Assembly: GCA_009691025.1 (NCBI GenBank)
Contig: SHWB01000007.1
Location: 28,231-92,230, forward strand
Source of the DNA: Alphaproteobacteria bacterium
Lineage (GTDB): Bacteria; Pseudomonadota; Alphaproteobacteria; UBA6615
Direction of reading: 5' to 3'
DNA length: 64,000 nucleotides
Shown: positions 42,234 through 52,083 of the stretch, piece after piece
Layout: every line of letters starts with the position of its first letter
How positions within the stretch are numbered: position 1 is the stretch's first letter
Program-made: the position numbers and the translations under genes
The notes under the pieces: model-generated
Told to the model about the DNA's origin: nothing
Seen by the model: only the letters and a program-made list of their open reading frames with translations
Databases searched by the model: none

Positions 42234-43172
42234 ATGCGCCCTGCGCTTTCCGTCCTCGCCGCCGCCCTCGCCCTGGCCGTGCTGCGCCCCGCCGCGGCGG
42301 AGGTGCCGTCCGTGGTGGCCTCGATTCCGCCCGTACATTCGCTCGTCGCCGCCGTGATGGTGGGGGTTGGCACGCCTGCGCTGCTGATACCCGGCGCCGT
42401 GTCGGAGCACACCTACACGCTGAAGCCGTCCGATGCCCGGCTGCTCGACCGGGCGGGCGTGGTGTTCTGGGTCGGGCCGCCGATCGAGGGCTACCTGGCG
42501 AAGCCGCTGGCCGCGCTGGCCGGGCGCGCGCGCGTGGTCGAACTGCTCGATGCCGACGGCGTCGAGCGCCTGCCGGCCCGCAGCGGCGGGGTGTGGGAGT
42601 CGCACGACTATCACGACAAGTCCGGCGATGAACTCGAGGATCACGGCGACGATGCGACGACGGACGGCCATGTCTGGCTGGCGCCGGCCAATGCGCGGGC
42701 TATCGGGCGCGCGGCGGCGGTGACGCTGTCCGCCGCCGACCCGGCCAATGCGGCGCGCTACGCCGCCAACCTCGCGACGCTGGAGGCGAGGCTCGTGGCT
42801 CTGGATGACGATCTGAGGGCGGTGACGGCGCCGGTGCGCGGCCTGCCCTTCATCGTCTTCCACGACGCCTACCAGTATCTCGAACGCGCCTACACCCTAG
42901 CCTCGGCCGGCTCGATCACCGTCTCGGCCGAGCGCAAGCCGGGGGCGCAGCGCCTCGCCGAATTGCGCGCCAAGGTGCGCGAGGCGCGCGCGCGCTGCGT
43001 ATTCGCCGAGCCGCAATTCCCCTCCGCGCTGGTCCGCACGGTGGCCGAGGGCACCGGCGCGCGCACGGCGTCGCTCGACCAGCTTGGCGCCGGCATCGCG
43101 CCGGGGCCGGAGCTCTATTTCACGATGATGCGCCGGCTGGCCGGCGACCTCGCCTTCTGCCTCAGGGGGTAG
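42234..43172 (+). CDS. znuA: Zinc ABC transporter periplasmic substrate-binding protein
   Basis: Signal peptide; ZnuA family with His/Asp/Glu-rich loop (HDYHDKSGDELEDHGDD); AGGAG RBS. Confidence 0.85.
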   Translation: MRPALSVLAAALALAVLRPAAAEVPSVVASIPPVHSLVAAVMVGVGTPALLIPGAVSEHTYTLKPSDARLLDRAGVVFWVGPPIEGYLAKPLAALAGRARVVELLDADGVERLPARSGGVWESHDYHDKSGDELEDHGDDATTDGHVWLAPANARAIGRAAAVTLSAADPANAARYAANLATLEARLVALDDDLRAVTAPVRGLPFIVFHDAYQYLERAYTLASAGSITVSAERKPGAQRLAELRAKVREARARCVFAEPQFPSALVRTVAEGTGARTASLDQLGAGIAPGPELYFTMMRRLAGDLAFCLRG

Positions 43173-43899
43173 CGCGTGCGGCGGCGGCGCGCAGCGCCTC
43201 GGCGCGGCTGCGGGCGATCTCGGCGCGCAACCGCACCAGCAGGAAGGTGACGAAGAACGCCAGATAGGCGAAGGCCATCACCAGCAGCGGCGCCAGCATC
43301 GAAGGGTGGATGGTCGGCCCGTCGAGGCGGAGGACGGAAGCCGGCTGGTGCAGCGTCGTCCACCAGTCGACCGAGAATTTGATGATCGGCACGTTGACGA
43401 TGCCGACCAGCGCCAGCACCGCCGAGGCCCGCGCGCCGCGTCGCGGATCGTCGAAGGCGGCGTCGAGCGCGATATGGCCGAGATAGAGGAAGAACAGCAC
43501 CAGCACCGAGGTTAGGCGGGCATCCCACACCCACCAGGTGCCCCAGGTGGGCTTGCCCCAGAAGGCGCCGGTGACCAGCACGATGGCGGTAAAGCCGGTG
43601 CCCAGCGGTGCCGCGGCGCGCGCCGCCAGCTCCGCCAGAGGGCTCTTCCAGACCAGCAGCATGGCGCCGGCGACGGCGAGGAAGACGTAGACCATCAGCG
43701 CCATCCACGCCGCCGGCACATGGACGTACATGATGCGCACCGTCTCGCCCTGCTGGTAGTCGTCCGGCGAGGCGAACAGGGCGAGCCACAGCCCGGCGGC
43801 GAACAGCAGCGCGGTCGCCGTGGCGCTCCACGGCAGCACAGCGGCTGCGACGCGGCCGAAACGCGCCGGGTTCGACAGGAAGTGCCAGTTGATCGCCAT
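43162..43899 (-). CDS. ccmC: Heme exporter protein C (cytochrome c maturation)
   Basis: WWxWD-type tryptophan-rich motif (WGTWWVWDARL), multi-TM. Confidence 0.85.
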   Translation of the reverse strand: MAINWHFLSNPARFGRVAAAVLPWSATATALLFAAGLWLALFASPDDYQQGETVRIMYVHVPAAWMALMVYVFLAVAGAMLLVWKSPLAELAARAAAPLGTGFTAIVLVTGAFWGKPTWGTWWVWDARLTSVLVLFFLYLGHIALDAAFDDPRRGARASAVLALVGIVNVPIIKFSVDWWTTLHQPASVLRLDGPTIHPSMLAPLLVMAFAYLAFFVTFLLVRLRAEIARSRAEALRAAAARATP

Positions 43900-43948
43900 C
43901 GCTTCGTGTCTCGTCTGGCGCCGCATGGTTAGAGACGCCAGCTGCGCG

Positions 43949-44030
43949 GGCTCCTCACCATGAGGCTATCTCATTTGACCTCGCCCTGAGGAGCCGGCCG
44001 ATCGGCCGGCGTCTCGAAGGGCCGCCGCCG
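43949..44030. repeat. Degenerate copy of the REP/MITE-like element (family 1)
   Basis: CCTCACCaTGAGG...CCTGAGGAGCCGGCCGATCGGCCGGCGTCTCGAAGGGC between ccmC and ccmB. Confidence 0.4.
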
Positions 44031-44702
44031 CTATTCCCCCAGCGCCTGGCGCAGCGCGGCGCCGGCGGCCCAGGGGGCCAGCGCGGCGGCGGTCAGCAGG
44101 AAGGCGGCGAGCAGCGACAGCGGCAGGCGCAGCGCGCCGCCGGTTATGGCCGCCTCGGCCGCGGCGGCGCCGAAGATCAGCACCGGCACGCAGAGCGGCA
44201 GCACCAGCAGCGGCACCAGCACGCCGCCGCGCCGCGCGCCCAGCGCCAGCGCCGCGCCGATGGCGCCGAGCAGCGACAGGGTTGGCGTGCCGAACAGCAG
44301 GGCCAGCGCGAGGACCGGCAGGGCCGCGGGCGGCAGGCCGTAGAGGATGGCGACGAAGGGTGCAGCGACGACCAGCGGCAGGCCGGTGGCGAGCCAGTGG
44401 GCCAGCGCCTTGGCCAGCGCCAGCAGCGCGGGCGGCAGCGGCCCTAGCGCCAGCAGGTCGAGCGAACCATCCTCGAAATCGGCGGCGAAGACGCGCTCGA
44501 GCGACAGCAGCGCGGCGAGCAGGGCGGCGACCCACACAACGCCGGCGCCGATGCGCGCCAGCAGCGCCTGCTCGGAGCCGATGCCGAAGGGAAAGATGAT
44601 GGCGACGACGAGGAAGAAAGCCACGGCGATGGCCGCGTCGCCGCCGCCGGCCAGGGCCAGCCGCAGATCGCGGCCGACGATTGCGAGGAAGGCGCGCATC
44701 AT
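44031..44702 (-). CDS. ccmB: Heme exporter protein B
   Basis: CcmB family 6-TM permease; ATG overlaps the ccmA stop. Confidence 0.8.
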   Translation of the reverse strand: MMRAFLAIVGRDLRLALAGGGDAAIAVAFFLVVAIIFPFGIGSEQALLARIGAGVVWVAALLAALLSLERVFAADFEDGSLDLLALGPLPPALLALAKALAHWLATGLPLVVAAPFVAILYGLPPAALPVLALALLFGTPTLSLLGAIGAALALGARRGGVLVPLLVLPLCVPVLIFGAAAAEAAITGGALRLPLSLLAAFLLTAAALAPWAAGAALRQALGE

Positions 44703-45352
44703 GACGCCGCCCGCAGGGTCAGGGTCGCCACCGGCGCCGTCAGCGCGGCGGCGAGAACCGCACCATGCGTCGCGGCGACGACAATTCCGCCGGACGCGCA
44801 GTGTCTGTCGATCAGGCCGGCGAGCCGCGCCACGCCGTCCTCGTCCAGTGCGGTCGTTGGCTCGTCGAGCAGCCAGAGCGGCGCGGCGCCCAGCGCCAGC
44901 CGCGCCAGCGCCAGACGACGCCGCTGCCCGGCCGAGAGATGGCGGGCCGGAATAGGACCGAGGCGACCGAGGCCGACCCGGTCCAGCGCGGCGTCGATGT
45001 CGGCGGCGGCGCGACGCGGCCCGGCCATGCCCGCCCAGTTGGCGAGGTTGCGGGCGACGGTCAGCGCCGGCTTGACGGCATCGGCGTGGCCGAGCCAGGC
45101 GAGGCGGGCGCGATGGCCGTCGGGATCGTCCGTCACGGGCTTGCCGGCCCAGCGCAGCGCGCCGGCAGCCGGGGCGGCGAGGCCGGCCATCAGGCGCAGC
45201 AGGCTCGACTTGCCGGCGCCGTTGGCACCGGCCAGCAGCAACACGCCGCCCGAAGCCGCGGCGAAGCCGAGGCCGGCGAACACCACGCGCCCGCCGCGTT
45301 CGCAGGCGAGGTCCACCCCCTCGAAGATCGCCATGCCCTGCCGCCTCGCCAT
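44699..45352 (-). CDS. ccmA: Cytochrome c biogenesis heme-exporting ATPase
   Basis: Walker A GANGAGKSS, signature LSAGQRRR, Walker B LWLLDEP. Confidence 0.8.
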   Translation of the reverse strand: MARRQGMAIFEGVDLACERGGRVVFAGLGFAAASGGVLLLAGANGAGKSSLLRLMAGLAAPAAGALRWAGKPVTDDPDGHRARLAWLGHADAVKPALTVARNLANWAGMAGPRRAAADIDAALDRVGLGRLGPIPARHLSAGQRRRLALARLALGAAPLWLLDEPTTALDEDGVARLAGLIDRHCASGGIVVAATHGAVLAAALTAPVATLTLRAAS

Positions 45353-45427
45353 TGCGGGCCGGCACCATAAACCAACCCCACCGAAAATCGACCCACCTCA
45401 CCCTCCACGTCGCCTGCAGCGACGGGT

Positions 45428-45465
45428 CCCCTCCCTCTCCGCCCCCGGAGGTGGAGAGGGAGGGG
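45428..45465. repeat. GC-rich hairpin of the CCCTCTCC/GGAGAGGG family
   Basis: CCCCTCCCTCTCC-gcccccggaggt-GGAGAGGGAGGGG perfect 13-bp stem. Confidence 0.5.
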
Positions 45466-45795
45466 AGAGGCGGGGGCAGCCCGAGACAGGCAGGAAAGGC
45501 GCGACCCCACGAATGACGGTAGCCAAAAAAATTCGGCCGCCGGTGGGGGGACCGGCGGCCGAAAGGGCCTTTTGATGACCCTTGCGGGTCGTCGTAGGCG
45601 GTCTGGAGAGAGCCAACGCTCGCCCTCTCGACCTTGGGACAGGGAACACGGGCTGGGTGGCGGAAATTGGTACCGATTGCGGCGACACTGTGGCATCGCG
45701 GATTTATTTCGCCCGGTTGCGCCGGGCCGGGCCGGCGGGCAAAAGTGCGTCACCCGCGCCTCCGGCGGCGGGCTTCGCGTCCGGAACGAGTTTTC

Positions 45796-46860
45796 ATGGC
45801 CAAGGCGACCTTTTCGCGCACCACCGACACCGTGCCGGTGCTCGACCAGCATCGGTTCGACGAGGCTGCGCTGACGCGCTGGCTAGCCGGCCATGTCGAG
45901 GGATTCCGCGCGCCGGTGCGGCTCAGCCAGTTCCAGGGTGGCATGTCGAACCCGACCTTCCTCGCCGAGGATGCCGGCGGGCGCGGCTATGTCGTGCGCA
46001 AGAAGCCGCCGGGCGAGCTGCTGCCCTCGGCCCATGCCGTCGACCGCGAGCACCTCGTCACCAGCGCGCTCGCCGGCACCGCCGTGCCGGTCGCCAGAAC
46101 GCTGGCGCTGTGCGACGATTCCACGGTCATCGGCACCGCCTTCTTCGTCATGCAGCATGTGCCTGGGCGCATCTTCCACGACCCGTCGCTGCCCGATCTC
46201 ACGCCAGCCGAGCGCACTACCATTTACGACTCGATGAATGCCACGCTAGCCGCGCTGCACGCGGTCGACTACCCGAATGTGGGACTGGCGGATTACGGCC
46301 GCGCCGGCGGCTATATGGGCCGCCAGGTGAAGCGCTGGTCGCAGCAATACGAATCCTCGAAAACCGACGATATCGCCGAGATGTATAGGCTTATGGCGTG
46401 GCTGCCGGCCAACATGCCCGACGACAGCGAGACGACGATCGTCCACGGCGATTTCCGGCTGGAGAATCTGATCGTCCATCCGAACGAGCCGCGAATCGTC
46501 GCCGTGCTCGACTGGGAATTGTCGACGCTCGGCCACCCGCTGTCGGACCTCGCCTACAACTGCCTGCCCTATTACTGGCCGGAGGAATCCTTAGGCGACA
46601 TGCGCGGGCTCGATCCGGACACGCCGGGCATTCCCTCCGAGGCCGACTATGTCGCCGCTTATTGCCGGCGCAGCGGCCGCGCCGGGATCCCCGACTGGGC
46701 CTTCTATCTGGTGCTGTCCCTGTTCCGCCTAGCCGCCATCATCCAGGGAGTCTATTACCGCGGGCTGCAAGGCAACGCCGCCTCGCCCGAGGCGCTGCTG
46801 CGCCGCGACTTGACGCGCCAGCTTTCGAAGCGGGCCTGCGAGCTGGTGGAGAAGGGGTAG
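45796..46860 (+). CDS. Phosphotransferase-family protein (APH/ACAD10-associated kinase-like)
   Basis: Protein-kinase-like fold motifs ([16 protein letters not shown]); ATG at 45796. Confidence 0.7.
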   Translation: MAKATFSRTTDTVPVLDQHRFDEAALTRWLAGHVEGFRAPVRLSQFQGGMSNPTFLAEDAGGRGYVVRKKPPGELLPSAHAVDREHLVTSALAGTAVPVARTLALCDDSTVIGTAFFVMQHVPGRIFHDPSLPDLTPAERTTIYDSMNATLAALHAVDYPNVGLADYGRAGGYMGRQVKRWSQQYESSKTDDIAEMYRLMAWLPANMPDDSETTIVHGDFRLENLIVHPNEPRIVAVLDWELSTLGHPLSDLAYNCLPYYWPEESLGDMRGLDPDTPGIPSEADYVAAYCRRSGRAGIPDWAFYLVLSLFRLAAIIQGVYYRGLQGNAASPEALLRRDLTRQLSKRACELVEKG

Positions 46861-46867
46861 GCGCCGC

Positions 46868-46925
46868 CGCCCGCACACTCGTCCTCGTCCTTCGACAGAC
46901 TCAGGATGAGGACGAGTGTGCGGGC
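46868..46925. repeat. REP/MITE-like palindromic element (family 1)
   Basis: 18-bp stem GCCCGCACACTCGTCCTC ... GAGGACGAGTGTGCGGGC around GTCCTTCGACAGACTCAGGATGAGGAC. Confidence 0.5.
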
Positions 46926-46953
46926 GCTCGCTTGCCCCGAAGCGGGCGAGCCC

Positions 46954-47889
46954 TCAATACCCCTGCGCCGTATCCACCTGGTTCACGAGCGGGCGCCCGG
47001 CCACGAGGCGGCGGATGTTGTCGATCACCTGCCCGACGATGGAGCGCGGATCGGAGATCGCGGCGTTGTGCGGCGTCACGGTGATGCGCTGATGCGCCCA
47101 GAACGGGTGGTCCACCGGCAGCGGTTCGGTGTGGAACACGTCGAGCGTCGCATGCGCGATCCTGCCCGTATCCAGCGCCGCCAGCAGATCGTCGTCGACC
47201 AGATGCCCGCCGCGCCCGGCGTTGATCAGGAAGGCGCCCTCGGGCAGATGCGCGAAATTCGCGGCGCAGAGGATGCCTTCGGTCGCCGGCGTCAGCGGCA
47301 GCAGGCAGACGAGGATGTTGGTGCTGGCGAGGAAGGGGGCGAGCCCGGCCGGACCGTGGAATCTCGCGACGCCCGGCAGCGTCTTTTCCGTGCGGCTCCA
47401 GACGGCGACGGCGAAGCCGAGCGCCGCCAGTTTCGCCGCAGAATCGGCGCCCATCACGCCCAGGCCGAGGATGCCGATGCGCCGCTCGGCCGGCAGGCGG
47501 TGCAGGTCGAAGCGCATCTTCCAGACGCGCTCGCGCTGCTGCGCCTCCAGCACCGGCAGGAAGCGATGGTAGCGCAGCACATGCAGCAGCACGTATTCGG
47601 TGATGCCCGCCGTCATCATAGGGTCGACGATGCGCGTCACCGGCACGCCCGCCGGCAGGGTAGGGTCGGCGAAGACGTGGTCGACGCCGGCGCCCATCGA
47701 CAGGATGAGTTCGAGCTTAGGCAGGCTCGCCAGCAGCCCGTGGCGCGGCTTCCAGACCAGCGCCCAGCGGATGTCGGCTGGGTCGCCGACATCGGGCCAG
47801 GCGCGCACCGGAATGTCCGGCGCGGCCTTGTTCAGCTCGCCCGTCCACCAGTCGACGCGGTCTACTTCGGAGAAGAAGAGGAGGGTCAT
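46954..47889 (-). CDS. ghrA: D-isomer-specific 2-hydroxyacid dehydrogenase (glyoxylate/hydroxypyruvate reductase A-like)
   Basis: GLGVMG NAD-binding motif and catalytic R/E/H pattern. Confidence 0.75.
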   Translation of the reverse strand: MTLLFFSEVDRVDWWTGELNKAAPDIPVRAWPDVGDPADIRWALVWKPRHGLLASLPKLELILSMGAGVDHVFADPTLPAGVPVTRIVDPMMTAGITEYVLLHVLRYHRFLPVLEAQQRERVWKMRFDLHRLPAERRIGILGLGVMGADSAAKLAALGFAVAVWSRTEKTLPGVARFHGPAGLAPFLASTNILVCLLPLTPATEGILCAANFAHLPEGAFLINAGRGGHLVDDDLLAALDTGRIAHATLDVFHTEPLPVDHPFWAHQRITVTPHNAAISDPRSIVGQVIDNIRRLVAGRPLVNQVDTAQGY

Positions 47890-47913
47890 CTGCCGCCCTT
47901 CGCGGGTAACACG

Positions 47914-48048
47914 CCAGGCATCCTCGTCCTTCGACAGGCTCAGGATGAGGATGCCTGGCTCGGTCGTTGTGTGACCGCCTCACCCTGAGCGTCCTCACCC
48001 TGAGGAGCCGCCGCAAGGCGGCGTCTCGAAGGGCGAGGGGCGAGGCGG
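47914..48048. repeat. REP/MITE-like palindromic element (family 1), full copy
   Basis: GCCAGGCATCCTCgtccttcgacaggctcaggatGAGGATGCCTGGC followed by CCTCACCCTGAGCGTCCTCACCCTGAGGAGCCGCCGCAAGGCGGCGTCTCGAAGGGCGAGGGGCGAGG. Confidence 0.55.
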
Positions 48049-48058
48049 CTGCACGCTC

Positions 48059-49690
48059 TCAGGTCGCCACGGCCGCCGAATGCACGGCCTGCAAATCGAA
48101 GGCAGCCGCCATCAGGGCCTGGGTGTAGGTCTCGCGCGGATGCTCAAAGATGTCGGCGGCGGGGGCCTGTTCCACCACCTTGCCGCCGCGCAGCACGATG
48201 ACGTGGTCGGCCATGGCGCGCACCACCTTGAGATCGTGGCTGATGAACAGGAAGGCGAGGCGGTGGCGCTGCTGCAGTCCGCGCAGCAGCTCGACGATCT
48301 GCGCCTGCACCGAGCGGTCGAGCGCCGAGGTAGGCTCGTCGAGTACGACGAAGCGCGGCTTCAGCACGAGGGCGCGCGCGATGGCGACGCGCTGGCGCTG
48401 TCCGCCGGAGAATTCGTGCGGGTAGCGGTAGCGCGTGGCGGGGTCGAGTCCCACCTCCTGCATCACCTCGACGATCATGCGGTCGCGCCCGGCCTCGTCG
48501 GCGCCGATGCGGTGCACCTCCAGCCCCTCGGCGATGATGCGCGCGATCGACATGCGCGGGCTGAGGCTGCCATAGGGGTCCTGGAAGACGATCTGCATCT
48601 CGCGGCGCAGCGGCCGCACCGCGCTCGCCGACATCCCGTCGATATTCTTGCCGAGGAAGACGACGGGGCCCTCGGAGGACAGCAGGCGCAGCAGCGCGAG
48701 TCCGAGGGTCGTCTTGCCCGATCCGGATTCGCCGACCACGCCGACGGTCTGGCCTTCGCGCACTTCCAGCGTCACGCCGTCGACGGCGCGCACATAATCG
48801 ACCGTGCGGCGCAGGATGCCGGACTTGATTGGGAAGTAGACCTTCAGGTTATCGGCCTGCATCACCATCACCGCATCTGAAGGCGGCACGTTCGGCGCTC
48901 CGGTCGGTTCCGACGACAGCAGATGGCGCGTGTAGTTGTGCGACGGAGCGGAGAAGATGCCCTTCGTCGTGCCCTGCTCGACGATCTCTCCGCCGCGCAT
49001 GACGGCGACGCGGTCGGCCATGCGCGCAACGATGCCGAGATCGTGGGTGATGAACAGCATGCTCATGCCGAAGCGTTTCTTGAGCTGCTGCAGCAATTCG
49101 AGGATCTGCGCCTGGATGGTGACGTCGAGTGCCGTCGTCGGCTCGTCGGCGATCAGCAGCGAGGGCTCGTTGGCCAGCGCCATGGCGATCATCACGCGCT
49201 GGCGCTGGCCGCCCGACAGCTCGTGCGGATAGGCACCGAGACGCTTGTTGGCCTCGGCCAGACCGACGAGCTTCAGCAGTTCCAGCGTGCGCGCGCGGGC
49301 GGCGGAGCGGCTCATGCCCTTGTGGATGAACAGCACCTCGTTGATCTGCTTCTCGATGGTGTGCAACGGGTTCAGCGAGGTCATCGGCTCCTGGAAGATC
49401 ATGGCTATGCGGTTGCCGCGGATCTTGCGCAGCCGGTCCTGCGAAGCGCCGACCAACTCCTCGCCCTCGAAGCGGATGGAGGAGCCGGCGGGGTGCCGCG
49501 CCACGGGGTAGGGCAGCAATTGCAGCACCGACAGCGCCGTTACCGACTTGCCGGAGCCGGATTCTCCGACCAGCGCCACCGTCTCGCCGCGCGCCACCTG
49601 CAGCGATACGCCGCGCACCGCGTGCACAGCGCCTCCGGGGGTGGCGAAATCGACCCCGAGGTTGCCGATGGCCAGCAACGGTTCGGTCAT
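48059..49690 (-). CDS. yejF: Peptide/microcin C-type ABC importer, fused double ATP-binding protein
   Basis: Two ABC cassettes, each with Walker A GESGSGK(S/T) and LSGGQRQR. Confidence 0.85.
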   Translation of the reverse strand: MTEPLLAIGNLGVDFATPGGAVHAVRGVSLQVARGETVALVGESGSGKSVTALSVLQLLPYPVARHPAGSSIRFEGEELVGASQDRLRKIRGNRIAMIFQEPMTSLNPLHTIEKQINEVLFIHKGMSRSAARARTLELLKLVGLAEANKRLGAYPHELSGGQRQRVMIAMALANEPSLLIADEPTTALDVTIQAQILELLQQLKKRFGMSMLFITHDLGIVARMADRVAVMRGGEIVEQGTTKGIFSAPSHNYTRHLLSSEPTGAPNVPPSDAVMVMQADNLKVYFPIKSGILRRTVDYVRAVDGVTLEVREGQTVGVVGESGSGKTTLGLALLRLLSSEGPVVFLGKNIDGMSASAVRPLRREMQIVFQDPYGSLSPRMSIARIIAEGLEVHRIGADEAGRDRMIVEVMQEVGLDPATRYRYPHEFSGGQRQRVAIARALVLKPRFVVLDEPTSALDRSVQAQIVELLRGLQQRHRLAFLFISHDLKVVRAMADHVIVLRGGKVVEQAPAADIFEHPRETYTQALMAAAFDLQAVHSAAVAT

Positions 49691-50784
49691 GTCCCGTCCC
49701 CCGTCACCTGCTTGCGCGGATCGAAGGCGTCGCGTACCGCCTCGCCGATGAAGACCGACAGGCTCAGCATCACGGCGATGACGAAGAAGCCGGTGATGCC
49801 GAGCCACGGCGCCTGCAAATTCTCCTTGCCCTGCTTCAGCAGCTCGCCGAGCGAGGCCGATCCGGGCGGCAGGCCGAAGCCGAGATAGTCTAGGCCGGTC
49901 AGCGCCGTCAGCGCACCCGCCGTCACGAAGGGCAGCATAGACAGGGTCGCCACCATGGCGTTTGGCAGCACATGGCGAGCCATGATAGTGCGGTTGCCGA
50001 CGCCGAGCGCGCGGGCCGCGCGCACATAATCGAAGCTGCGGGCGCGCAGGAATTCGGCGCGCACGACGCCGACTAGGGCGGTCCAGCTGAACAGCGCGAG
50101 CAAGCACAGCAGCGTCCAGAAGCCGGGCGCGAACACGCTCGACAGGATGATCAGCAGGAAGAATGTCGGCATCGCTTCCCAGACCTCTATGAAGCGCTGG
50201 AACAGCAGATCGACCCAGCCGCCGTAATAGCCCTGCACCGCCCCGGCCATCACCCCGACGGCGCTGGCGACGATCGTCAGCGCGAGGCCGAACAGCACCG
50301 AGATGCGATAGCCGTAGATCAGCCGGGCCACCACGTCGCGCGCCTGGTCGTCGGTGCCGAGCCAGTTCTTCGCGCTGGGCGGCGCCGGCGCCGGCACGGT
50401 GAGGTCGGTGACCGGGCTGTCGTAGCTGTAGGGCACCAGCGGCCACAGCATCCAGCCGCCCTTTTCGGCGATAAGGTCGTGCAGATAGGGGTCTGTGTAG
50501 TCCGCCTCGGTGGCGAAGTCGCCGCCGAATGCCGTCTCCGGATAGAATTTGAACACCGGCATGTAGAAGGCGCCGTCGTGGCGGATCAGCAGCGGCCGGT
50601 CGTTGGCGATGAACTCCGATCCGAGGCTGACGAGGAACAGCAGCAGGAAGATCCACAGCGACCACCAGCCGCGCCGGTTGGCGCAGAAATTGGCCAGCCG
50701 CCGCGCGGTGATCGGATCGAGACGCATCCCTAGCATCCGTATGCGGCCGTAGGCCGCCGGCATGGTGTTGGTCACGGCACTCAT
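49687..50784 (-). CDS. yejE: Peptide ABC importer permease
   Basis: BPD-type permease with long N-terminal periplasmic extension; ATGA overlaps on both sides. Confidence 0.8.
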   Translation of the reverse strand: MSAVTNTMPAAYGRIRMLGMRLDPITARRLANFCANRRGWWSLWIFLLLFLVSLGSEFIANDRPLLIRHDGAFYMPVFKFYPETAFGGDFATEADYTDPYLHDLIAEKGGWMLWPLVPYSYDSPVTDLTVPAPAPPSAKNWLGTDDQARDVVARLIYGYRISVLFGLALTIVASAVGVMAGAVQGYYGGWVDLLFQRFIEVWEAMPTFFLLIILSSVFAPGFWTLLCLLALFSWTALVGVVRAEFLRARSFDYVRAARALGVGNRTIMARHVLPNAMVATLSMLPFVTAGALTALTGLDYLGFGLPPGSASLGELLKQGKENLQAPWLGITGFFVIAVMLSLSVFIGEAVRDAFDPRKQVTGDGT

Positions 50785-51893
50785 CCGCCGCGCGCCTCGA
50801 AATCGATGCGTGGATCGACCAGCACGTAGGTGAGGTCGGTGACGAGGCGGATGACCAGCCCGAGCAGCGAGAACACCCACAGCGTCGCGAAGATGACGGC
50901 ATAGTCGCGGCTGATCGTCGCCTCGAAGCCGAGCAAGCCGAGGCCCTCCAGCGAGAAGATGATCTCGATGAACAGCGCGCTGCCGAACAGGATCGACACG
51001 AAGGCGCCGGGAAAGCCGGCGATGACGATCAGCATGGCGTTGCGGAAGACGTGGCCGTAGAGCACGCGGTTCTCGGTCAAACCCTTGGCGCGCGCCGTGG
51101 TCACGTATTGCTGGTTTACCTGGTCGAGGAAGGAATTCTTGGTCAGCACGGTGAGCTGGGCGTAGCCGCCGATCACCATCGCCGTCACTGGCAGGGCGAT
51201 GTGCCAGAGGTAGTCGAGCACCTGGTCGACGGCGGACAGTTGTTCCCAGTCGTCGGAGGTGAGGCCGCGCAGGGGGAACCAGTTCCAGTAGGAGCCGCCG
51301 GCGAACAGCACGATCAACAGGATGGCGAACAGGAAGGACGGGACGGCGTTGCCGACGATGACCACGGCCGAAGTCCAGACGTCGAATTTCGTGCCGTCGC
51401 GCACCGCCTTGGCAATGCCGAGCGGGATCGAGATGAGGTAGGCGAACAGCGTCGACCACAACCCGATGGTGATCGACACCGGTAGGCGCTCGATCACCAG
51501 GTCGATGACCGCCCGGTCGCGGAAGAAGGAATTGCCGAAATCGAAGGTCAGGTAATTGCCGACCATCAGGAAGAAGCGTTCCAGCGGCGGCTTGTCGAAG
51601 CCGACCATCTGCTCGATCTCCGCCACCAGCTCCGGCGGCAGGCCGCGCGCGCCGCGGTATTTCGACTCGAAGCCCTGCTGGCTGGCGACGGCCTGCGGGC
51701 CCTGCCCCGCCGTCTCGCCACCGCTGCCGCCGCCGAAGCGCACGGTCGCTTCCACGGCATTGCCCTGGATGCGGGAGATGATCTGCTCGACCGGGCCGCC
51801 TGGGGCGAACTGCACGATGGCGAAATTGATCACCATGATCCCGAACAGGGTTGGGACGATGAAGATCAGCCGGCGGACGATGTAGGACAGCAT
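50781..51893 (-). CDS. yejB: Peptide ABC importer permease
   Basis: DppB/OppB-like permease, about 370 aa. Confidence 0.8.
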   Translation of the reverse strand: MLSYIVRRLIFIVPTLFGIMVINFAIVQFAPGGPVEQIISRIQGNAVEATVRFGGGSGGETAGQGPQAVASQQGFESKYRGARGLPPELVAEIEQMVGFDKPPLERFFLMVGNYLTFDFGNSFFRDRAVIDLVIERLPVSITIGLWSTLFAYLISIPLGIAKAVRDGTKFDVWTSAVVIVGNAVPSFLFAILLIVLFAGGSYWNWFPLRGLTSDDWEQLSAVDQVLDYLWHIALPVTAMVIGGYAQLTVLTKNSFLDQVNQQYVTTARAKGLTENRVLYGHVFRNAMLIVIAGFPGAFVSILFGSALFIEIIFSLEGLGLLGFEATISRDYAVIFATLWVFSLLGLVIRLVTDLTYVLVDPRIDFEARGG

Positions 51894-51925
51894 GGTGCCG
51901 GCAGCCTAGGGCAACGGCTCGACGG

Positions 51926-52049
51926 TCGTCCTCATCCTTCGACAGGCTCAGGATGAGGACGATGGGTGGCGGCGTTACAGGATTGCCTCACCCTGAGCCT
52001 CCTCACCCTGAGGAGACGCCGCCAGGCGGCGTCTCGAAGGGCGAAGGGC
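51926..52049. repeat. REP/MITE-like palindromic element (family 1), full copy
   Basis: GTCGTCCTCATCCttcgacaggctcaGGATGAGGACGAT plus GGATTGCCTCaccctgagcctcctcaccctgaggagacgccgccaggcggcgtctcgaagggcgaagggcGAGGCAATCC. Confidence 0.55.
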
Positions 52050-52083
52050 GAGGCAATCCGGTCGCGGCGGCGGGCCGTCGGCA

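Noticed and set aside
48059-51459. 947-aa and 590-aa ORFs covering yejF/yejE
   Set aside because: They are ORF-track fusions across ATGA overlaps; internal starts (49690, 50784) give standard-size yejF and yejE
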